NCBI GenBank assembly: GCA_004431415.1
Contig: QPMI01000408.1
Coordinates: 372,001 to 436,000, forward strand
Origin: Cyanophora paradoxa CCMP329
Taxonomy: Eukaryota > Plantae > Glaucophyta
Direction: 5' to 3'
Length of the DNA stretch: 64,000 nucleotides
The notes beneath the pieces were generated by a model. That model had not been told where the DNA came from and ran no database searches. It worked only from the letters and a program-made list of their open reading frames with translations. Shown in pieces: positions 55,730 through 64,000 of the stretch. The translations under genes and the position numbers were made by a program. How positions within the stretch are numbered: the stretch's first letter is position 1; every line of letters begins with the position of its first letter.

Positions 55730-58700
55730 CTAGGGGCAGAGGATCTCGGCCTCCTGGTTGCTGAAGGCGTTGGCGCGGATGACGGGCACGCTGGGCACCG
55801 GGCCGCCCCGGTCCACCACGATGCCGCTCAGCACGCCGCCCCCGCCCTCCGCCTTCGCGTCCGCCCCGTTCGCGTCGAACTGGTTGTCCGAGTAGAGGCC
55901 CCGCCCCCCGTGCGCCACGTACACGCCCGCCCCGCCCTGCGAGGCACGGAGAAGCTCAGCCAACCTGGCCTGGCCTCTGCCCCGAAGGCTTGGGCGCCTC
56001 GCGCACGTTCTCGGTGAGCTTGTTGCCGATGACGTAGGGGTCGGCCCCCGTGTAGACGGCGACGCCGGGCCCCGCGTTGCCAAAGACGTCGTTGTCCGTG
56101 AGGCACGGCTCGGCCCCCGCGCCGCACACGCGCACCCCGGCCTGCCTCCCCCCGTACACCTTCCCAGGAGCCAAAGTAAGATCACGAGCTCGCGAACGGG
56201 ACGCGCTCAACGTTAACGCGGCGCGCCTTGTTTGAGCGGAAGAGGGTGCGGGCGCCGTCCTTGACGAGGAGGCCCGAGTGGCGGTGCCCGCAGACCTCGT
56301 TCCCCTCGACGACCCCCACGGCGCCGTGCCAGGCCAGCACGCCGGCCATGCGCCCCTCGTGGATCCGGTTGTTCCGCACTGTCGGGAACGACCGGTCGTC
56401 CACCTCCACCTGAGGGAGAGGGAGAGGGAGAGGCGTGAGCCCGGGGTGTCTGCTTAGCTCAGCCGATGTCTTGAGCTAGGAAAAGCTCCGTCTTTCATCT
56501 ATGTCTCTGCTAGCCGCGGGCGCTCGGGCCGGGCCAGGCCGGGCGGGGCGGACCTGCGCGGCGCCGTTCTCCCGCAGCTCGTTCCCCTCCATGAGGCCCG
56601 ATGCCCCCCGCGTGAACCTGCCGTACCCCGGCCCGCCTCAGGCGAGCCCGGCGGGGCGGGGCGGGGCGGGGCGGGGCGGCGGCGGCGGCGGACCAGACGG
56701 CGTTGCGGCCGTTGCGGGCGATGCGGTTGGAGCGGAGGAGCGGCCGGGCGCCGTTGCGGGCCACGACGCCGGCCCCCGCGTTCTCCGTGATCCGGCAGTT
56801 CTCCACACGAACCTTAGGCCGAAACGCGTCAGCCCCTACCCCTCCCCGCCCCCCGCCCTGCCTACGCCTCGGACCTGGTACAGCGCGGCTGCGGTGGAGC
56901 GCGCGCCGCCCTCCTGGCCATGGCCTCCCGCCTCGCCCGCCGCCGCCAGGAGGCCGCGCTCGGCCTCCTCGACGAGGGCATCCATGGCGGCCGAGGCGGC
57001 CGCCTCGCACTCCTCGGGCCTGGGGGCGTACAGGCCCCCGAACAGGTGCACGCCGACGCCGGCGCCGCCCCGCACGTCGCAGTCCCGCACGATCACGGGC
57101 CGCTGCGCGTGCAGCGGCACCTCCCCCGCCTCCACCCCCGAGCAGCAGTCCACGTACACCCCGGCCTGAGGAGGAGGCCGCTCAGGTGAGAAGGGAAGGC
57201 GTGGCTCAGACGGGCGCGCCTTGGCGTGGTCCCGGAGGGTGCAGTCCTCGATGAGGACGGGCTCCTCGCTGGCCCCGCGGGCCGCCACGTACACGCCGAC
57301 GTCCGCGCCCCCCGCCACCACGCACGCCGAGAGCGTCACCCGCGTCTGCAGGCCCGTCACCCGCACCTGCGCGCCCCCCCCCTCTCTCAGCGCCCCCGCC
57401 TCTCTCGGCGGTCGGGCCGGGGCGCGGGCGGACCACGGCGGCGGGCCCGCAGGAGCCCGAGGCTGCCACGCCCTCTAGGAGCGCCGCTCCCGACCGGATC
57501 TGACGGGAAGGCGGCGTGGGCGCCGGCGGGCAGGGCGGGGGAGGGGGCGAGAACCGCGTACCCAGACGCAGGGGGAGCGGGCCTGCTTCTCCTTCGGGAG
57601 GTGAACGTTCCCGTCCCGGGGCGCCGACGGCGACAGGAACGTCATACCCCTCACGGTCGCCACCGCCTCCTCCGCCTCGCCCGCCCGCCCGCCCTTGCCC
57701 TCCCTCCGGAAGCGGGCGGGCGGGGCGCAGAAGACCGCGGCGGGGCCCGGGGGGGTACGGGGCCCCAGCGTCGCGCCCTCCCCCTCCAGCGTCACCGCCT
57801 GCGCCGCCCGCCCCCGTGAAAAGGTCGTACCCGGGACGGGGAGGGGTACGGGACCTTGTCGACGACGATGCGCTCGTAGTAGCGGCCGGGCTTGACGCGG
57901 ATGACGTGCCCCGGGCGCGCCGCCGCCAGCGCCTCAGAGACGGTCCCGAAGAGTCGCCCCTCCAGCCTGCTCGCCGCCCGCCGGCGCGATTCAGATGGGA
58001 CGCGAAGGACGGGGAGGAACGCGGCGTACCCCGCCTCGAGAACCTCCTCCTCCAGGGCCCCCCAGCCCGTACCCCCTCCCCACTCCGCCTCCCGCTTCAT
58101 CCGCGCCGCCGCCTGCCGGTACCCCGCTCAGACGCGGCGCGCCCGTCAAACGCGGTACCCCGGCGCGCCTCGCGGGCGGCGCCCAGCTCTTCCCGAGAGC
58201 GCGTGTGCGCCCGCTGCGAAGCCTCCGGGTCCACGTACAGCGGCTTCTGCGGGGTACGGTGTTAACGTTTTTTCCTTTTTTTGGGGGGGGGGGGAAGGGG
58301 GCAGGGCACGCCAGCTGGGGCGGGGGGCCGACGCCGGGCTCGGGGCTCCGCTGGGCCCCTCGGGGCCGGGGCTCCTCCTTGCTCGCCTGAGGCGGGGTGA
58401 GGAGGGGGTTAGAAGATTCCCGGGGCCGGGCGTGCGGCTCGAGGGGGCGGCCCACCTCGGCGTCCTGGGAGGAGAGCATCCCGTCCTCGATGAACTCCAG
58501 GGCGGCCTGTACCCCCCCCGAGGCGTGAGGGGGTACGCGCAAGTCGGCGCTCTTTTCCCATCCCACCTGAAGGCCGGCCAGGAAGCGGGGGCCGGGCGGG
58601 GGCGGCAGGGCGGCCCACTGCGTGTCCCAGATCGCCTGCCTCACCTGAGCCAGCCCCGCGCGCGCGCGCGTGAGTTGAGAAAGGGCAGGTGAAGTGAGGT

Positions 58701-59343
58701 CGAGGGGGAGGGGCTCGCCTCGTCTGCGGCGGAGTCGAAGCCCGGGGGCAGGTGCGCGGGGCGGGCCCCGCGCTCGCCGCTGCCGGCGTCCCCGTCCGAC
58801 GGGAACGGGGCGTCCACAAGCAAGAGAGGCAGCACGGGCTTGCCTATGTCATGGGCGCTGCGCGGCCACAGGCGTCGGGAAGGCAGCGGCGGGCCGGGGG
58901 CGGGGTTTGCGGGCGCCGCGCCTCGCGAGGTTCTCGAGCATGTACGGGGCGCGCGCGGAGGCGGGCGAGAGGAAGAGGACGGCGGCGGAGGAGCGGGCGA
59001 GCGCCTCGTCTGTCTGATGGCGCCACGCGCACTCGGCCGCCGTCCCTTGCTGGAACTCTGCGGCCCCGCTTGAGCGCCGGGCGAAGCAGGCGGCGGCGCC
59101 CAGGGCGGCGCTGGTTCGAATCGCGCACCGTCAATCCAGCAGGTGAAGTTCCGCTCGAGAAGCTCCTGCGCGCGGGTCGGTTCGCGGGTACCGGTCCTGC
59201 GTTCCGCCCAAAGCGGCACGCGTACGGGGGCCGCGGGGCACCTTCACGACCTCAAAGGCGCGGTCCCTGTCCTCGCGCGTGAAGCTAAGGAAGAGATCAA
59301 TGGGTCCACGCTTCGGGCCGCCCGATTGCACCACCCACGCCAT
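55730..59343 (-). CDS. TIR-like domain + right-handed beta-helix (PbH1/FBXO11-like) protein (multi-exon)
   Basis: N-term IDLFLSFTREDRDRAFEVVKELLERNFTCWID...DEALARSSAAVLFLSPAS...KPVLPLLL; then TVSEALAAARPGHVIRVKPGRYYE and repeats such as VENCRITENAGAGVVA, VRNNRIHEGRMAGV, LTDNDVFGNAGPGVAV. Confidence 0.75.
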
Positions 59344-60202
59344 CGCAGCTGCCTGTCTATGCACACCGCCCCAGCGTCTCAGTGACTTGGCGCAAGAACT
59401 CCACGCTGGCGTGCCCTATCTGGCCGCTGGAGTGTCCTGTCGCTAGCCGCTGGCGTGGTCGACGGCGCGCGTGCCGTTGGCTCTACAAGTTCGTAACGCT
59501 AGCTATAGCAATCAGGACACGTCTGAACCTAGCTGGATGGCGTGCAGCGCGTGTCCCTTTTCGTTGCGAATGCGACGTACCCCAGAAACGTTGTACATGT
59601 GTGTACCCCCGCGCTCTGATCGGTACCGCCCGGCGCGCGCGGTGCGACCCCGCCATAATGCGGCGCCATTATGGCATCTGCAGCTGCCCGGCCGCGGGCG
59701 TACGCGTGTGCCCGCGCCGGCCCCGCGGTAGTACGTACGTAGCCGCTGAGCGCCTCGATCGCGAACAAGCCGCGTCACTGGCGCGGCCGGCCCGTCAAGC
59801 TTCAAGGCTAGCGCTTAAGCCGGCTCGCCGAGAGTACTACGTATACTCATGATCAGTAGTGCGAAGTCATGCACTGCGAGACTGTGCGAGTCTGCGCATG
59901 CGACTCATCGTCGAGTCATCGATCAAGCTTTAAGCTGCGAACGTTAACCTCGCCGAATTAAATTATATACTTAATATTGTTTTTTACAATTGCAAGCTCC
60001 GAATCAGAGCCTCCGAATCAGGCTCCGATTCCGCCTACCGGTAAGGGCCCGTAAGGCTCCGAAGCTCGATAAAAACGAAGATGAAGAGTCATGATCATGC
60101 ATGCGCATGAATTCTCATACATATACATTGAACTCGACTAATCAGGCCGGCGCCGCCAAAGGCTCCAAGTAGCCTCCAACTTGCCTCCAACGTGGCTCCA
60201 AG

Positions 60203-60306
60203 CAGTGATGGGAATGTTATTAATAAGGATTTTATTAATTCCATTAGTAATTAGTTAGTAATACATTATATAATGGTCCCCAGTTCAGCCATCCTTATTA
60301 ATAACA
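60203..60306. mobile_element. Possible end of a DNA transposon/MITE (AT-rich, internal 16-bp inverted repeat)
   Basis: Starts CAGTGATGGGA (hAT-like); TGTTATTAATAAGGAT (60215-60230) is perfectly inverted at 60291-60306. Confidence 0.35.
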
Positions 60307-60374
60307 AGTTATTTATTAGGGGGGTACATAGCATTGCACCATATTTCCACTTTGCTTCGCGCTGCTACGCATCT

Positions 60375-60713
60375 GCGAGCAGCGCATTTTTTATCAATGA
60401 ATTCGCACACACCGAGACAATACGGCTAATGATAGAACTGAGGTGTCCGTAAAGTGTCAAGTCGAAAGATGAGCCTACTGGTTACGCCGGGTAGGGAACC
60501 TATCAGCCATCGGACAGGGTGGAGCTAGTCAAGGAGACGTAAACTAAAGCAAAGCTAACCCAGAGCAGAGAGCTACTACCTATACATCTAGCCTAGCTTA
60601 GGACTAGGCTACAGAGAGGACTACCCAGGGGTCTACGAGTGCTGCCTGCTAGTGCTGCCTGCCTAGGGACCGTCGGGACGTCCGGAGCTCGCGGGCTGTT
60701 CGCGAGCAGCGCA
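60375..60713 (-). mobile_element. 315-bp retroposed fragment (3' end of a LINE/SINE) with 12-bp target-site duplication
   Basis: GCGAGCAGCGCA at 60375-60386 and 60702-60713; T6 (A6 tail on minus strand) directly adjacent at 60387-60392. Confidence 0.7.
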
Positions 60714-60959
60714 ATGATCTGGGAGCAATGTAGAAGCATTCCTAGCTGTTTCGGGGATGTTGTGGTAGCGCCCGGAGACGTTGTCGACGTTGCATCTGGT
60801 ACCCCTCTGCAAGGGACGGGTTTTATTTCATGCAAGCAGTAAGCATGCACTCGTTCATGCTGTGACTGCTTTATTGGAGAGTGTTTCTGCACCATCTTCC
60901 ACCGAAAAACGCCCTCGAACGCCCTCAAACTGCCTCGAACGGGTTTGTATGGGAAAGTG

Positions 60960-63900
60960 TGGTGGCGGCGCATCGTGATGAACGGGCTGAATGTGCGTCA
61001 CTGTATGCGCCTTATAAACTCATTCCGCGGGAGGCCGTGGATCTCGATACCCCACTGGCCGCCTATGAATTGTTGCAATCGTTTAAGGATATATCTGGGC
61101 TTAGAAAATCCCCTGGACTTGATGGTTTAGTACCTGAATTTTATAGTACTTTCTGGGGCGACATTGGTCCAGATTTTATGGAATACCTTAAGGCTATGCA
61201 TAATCGGAAGGCGGCCCCTGGCTCGCTACGAGATATCCTCATTGTCCCAATTCCGAAACCTGGTACGGATGCGACTTTGGTCACTAACCGTCGGCCTATC
61301 GCTCTATCGAATGTAGAGGAGCGAGCAGTCGAGCGGGCATTATCTAACCGCTTGACCCCTATCATGCCCCGCTTAATATCAAAATATCAGTCGGGTTTTA
61401 TCACCAAACGTTCTGCGGTGCATCAATTTATGCTCGTATATTTATTGATGTATTATGAGGGGGATAATCCCGATCTCGAGGAACTTTGTTTGGGGTTCCT
61501 TGATTTCTCCAAAGCCTATGATCGGGTGAATTGGGAGTTTCTTTTCTGGACCTTGAATCAATATGGATTTGGGTCATACTTTACTGACTGGGTCCGTCTT
61601 TTGTATTCTGATCTGTCGGGGATGATCCATATTAATGGCTGGACAACGCCTCGGTTTCCCATCCGGTGCGGAGTCCGGCAGGGTGGTCCTCTATCGCCAT
61701 ATCTATATAATTTGTGTGCGCATCTATTAATCATGTTAATCGATACTGAACCCCGTATACGCGGGGTGCAAATTTCTGGGCGGTCCATATGCAAGGTCCT
61801 CCAGTTTGCTGATGATACTGTTCCCCTTATTGCCTCCTTTGCGGAATTCCCCATTTGGGACGCTCTCATTAAGAAATTTCAACGGTTAACAGGGGCGAAA
61901 ATTAATCTCGAAAAATCGCATATACTACCCATGCACTCAAATTTATCTCTTCCACCTGATTGTCCTTTTGAGCGTATGAAGGTTGATCCTTCTGAGATTT
62001 CCGCAGATGCCAAGATCGCCAAATATCTCGGGTTCCCTCTGGAGCTAGTGCATGACCGGTTTTGGAATAAAAAGACTGCTGCTCTCGTTCTGCGCGCACA
62101 GTCAGTTAACCGGAATCGGATGCCTCTACGCTCTGGTGTTTTACTTGCGTGGGCTGCTATTGTGGGATCACTACATTATCCGCTGTATATTTTAGAACCG
62201 GGAGGTGATCGTTATAAAGCTTGGAGTAATTTAATCCGCAACTTTTCGGGTGTACGCGGCTCCGTATCTACATATGTTACGGCGCTTCCGTTTAAAGACG
62301 GTGGATTAAATTGCCCAGATATTGTTACGTTTTCGCTGGCTTTAAAATCTAAATGGCTTGCCTTCCTTAACGACCCGGCCTGTTCAGCTCCTTGGAAGGA
62401 ATATATTCAATACCAAATAGACCGTCAGTTGGCTCCATTCTCTTATGCTAATGTCATTTTGGGGCTTGATGTGTCTGCCATCTTGCCAAGATTGCATTTG
62501 CCACCGCTTTGGCAGATGCTGTTTGAGGCGTGGCGAGATCGTCAAGCCGTTGCATCTCCTACAACCGTGCATCAAATTTTGACCCAGCCTATTTTTCTTA
62601 ATCCTTTATATGTTCTTCCTAGTGACATTGCAGCACAGACACATACTGAGTTTGCGAGAGCCGGTGTACAGCGCGTCGCTGACATTTGGGATGTACAGTT
62701 GCACCGATTTCGTGCTCCCCCTGCAATGCTAGTTGATTATACTGCTGCCTTTGATCAAATTTGTCGTGCCCTGCCATCCAGTTGGCTTACAACGCTTACT
62801 GCTAATGCCGTACCGGAACGTTTCTTATGGTATAAATCGAAAGATGATAAATATGTGTATCTGAGGGGTCCCTCGGGCTTTTTTGTGGCCTTCCCTCTTT
62901 TTGAAGGTGAGATTGTCCCACGGGTGTTGGATTTCGTCCCGTGGCCCCGTGGCCGCCCTCCAGATCCGCTCTTGTACCCTGGCGTACCAGCTGGCCTCTT
63001 GCCGCTTCATGTGCTCTCCTCCCAGTATTTTATTTCTTTGCGCAGAGGTTCGCGTCCAATTCTGGTTTCGCTTGGCACGGGTTCGACAGCTACGCTTTCC
63101 TACAGCAATTTTGCTTTCACATTCGATAAGATGCTCACGCTTCAGGGCTTTTCTGTTCGGCGCTTTTACCAGCTCGAGGTACAGCGACTGTGGCGGGTGC
63201 GGAGTAGGGCTAAGATGCCTTCAGAACACTGGGGTCTGGATCTCCCTCTTAATCGCGTGTCTCAGCTCGTCGCCCTTCGTGCCTTTCCTATGCTGTGGCT
63301 CGATGTCCTCTTCCGTCTCCGATATAAGGCTTTCCCATCTTTACAACGGCCGCCGGTCGCGGCTATTTTTTGCCGCGCTTGTAATGATGGGCAGCATCGT
63401 TCAGTGCGGCACGTTTTCTTTGATTGCCCTGTGGTGCAGGGTTTTTGGCGGGCCATGCATGCTGAGCTCACATCCTTAGCAGAGGCTTTGCCCGAGGACG
63501 TGCAGCCCTCTTTACCATTGCCTCCTATTACGTTCTCCGCTATTCTAGATCCACAAGTTCCCGGTGTTGCGGGGACATTGATCACATCTTCTGTGGATGC
63601 CGATTTCTGTGTTCGGTATCTCGGTTATATTTTGGCGGGCATTTACGCAATTTTTCAGCTGTCCCGTGCATATCTCTCACCCGATAATTTACTTGCTGAG
63701 CGGGTACCAGTGTACTCCGTTAATGCTCTGCTAAACCTGTGGAAACGTTTTCTGGATATTCTCGAGATTACGTTGCCTCCTGCTGTCGAGCGCATTGAGC
63801 TTCTTCGTTTACGGCATTTAGGGGAGGGCTCTGATTACGATGGTTCAAACCCTGAGTCACGTGACCGCCCTAGCCCCCCTCAATCTATTTTTGATGCGAG

Positions 63901-64000
63901 CTTCTTTTCTGTGCGCGGAGCTATCCCTCTACAGCGCTCGGGCCCCCCAGCAGTCGCGGTCCCGGGCCCCCCTACAGTCGCTACCCCTAGGCCTGCTACT
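60960..64000 (+). mobile_element. L1/Tx1-type non-LTR retrotransposon ORF2 (RT + zinc knuckle), 5'-truncated, open to the window end
   Basis: Open frame (absent from ORF track because it has no stop): KSPGLDG..PEFY (~61105), RPIALSN, QSGF, LDFSKAYDRVNW, GVRQGGPLSP, QFADD (~61802), KINLEKS, KYLG, GGLNCP, CRAC-x9-HVFFDC (~63371-63427). No endonuclease or ORF1 upstream; 5' boundary approximate. Confidence 0.92.

Noticed and set aside
13178-59852. Hundreds of long Arg/Pro/Gly/Ala-rich ORFs on both strands
   Set aside because: Expected stop-codon scarcity in very GC-rich DNA; they are shadows or intron read-throughs of the spliced genes listed.
60420-60520. Hammerhead/HDV ribozyme near the LINE
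   Set aside because: CTGA and GAAA words are present but I could not build the required stems; the segment lies inside the reverse-oriented TSD-flanked insert.

Overview
Eukaryotic genomic DNA in two compositional blocks. (1) 1 to ~13200 is AT-rich, intron-less endogenous Polinton-like virus DNA that reads best as TWO related elements, one nested in the other. Element A (1-9226, left part outside the window) has a double-jelly-roll major capsid protein with one frameshift, a minor capsid protein, a 1401-aa putative protease/divergent B-family polymerase/SF1 helicase/HNH fusion and an rve integrase. It ends at 9226, exactly where a 5'-truncated canonical protein-primed PolB of element B (9227 to ~13209) resumes. 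Element B then has a paralogous integrase and a DUF5710-like gene, and abuts a host MBOAT acyltransferase gene. (2) ~13200-64000 is very GC-rich host DNA with many short introns, frequent GC-AG introns and palindrome-rich intergenic DNA. Its style resembles a glaucophyte/algal genome such as Cyanophora, which is inference only. Host genes: MBOAT, two F-box/LRR-type proteins, an Ala/Lys-rich protein, pRiA4b-ORF3-like, FYRN/FYRC, UQCC5/SMIM4-like, GH3 NagZ-type hexosaminidase, START, UvrD/Srs2-like helicase, a plant-SDH5-like protein and a TIR/beta-helix protein. A 7.4-kb tandem duplication (29992-45818) carries, in its second copy only, a head-to-tail dimer of a 480-bp non-coding element joined through a 2-bp CA core. 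The window ends in nested retroelements: a 315-bp TSD-flanked retroposed fragment and a 5'-truncated L1/Tx1-type LINE. All family assignments come from motif recognition by eye; no database searches were run.
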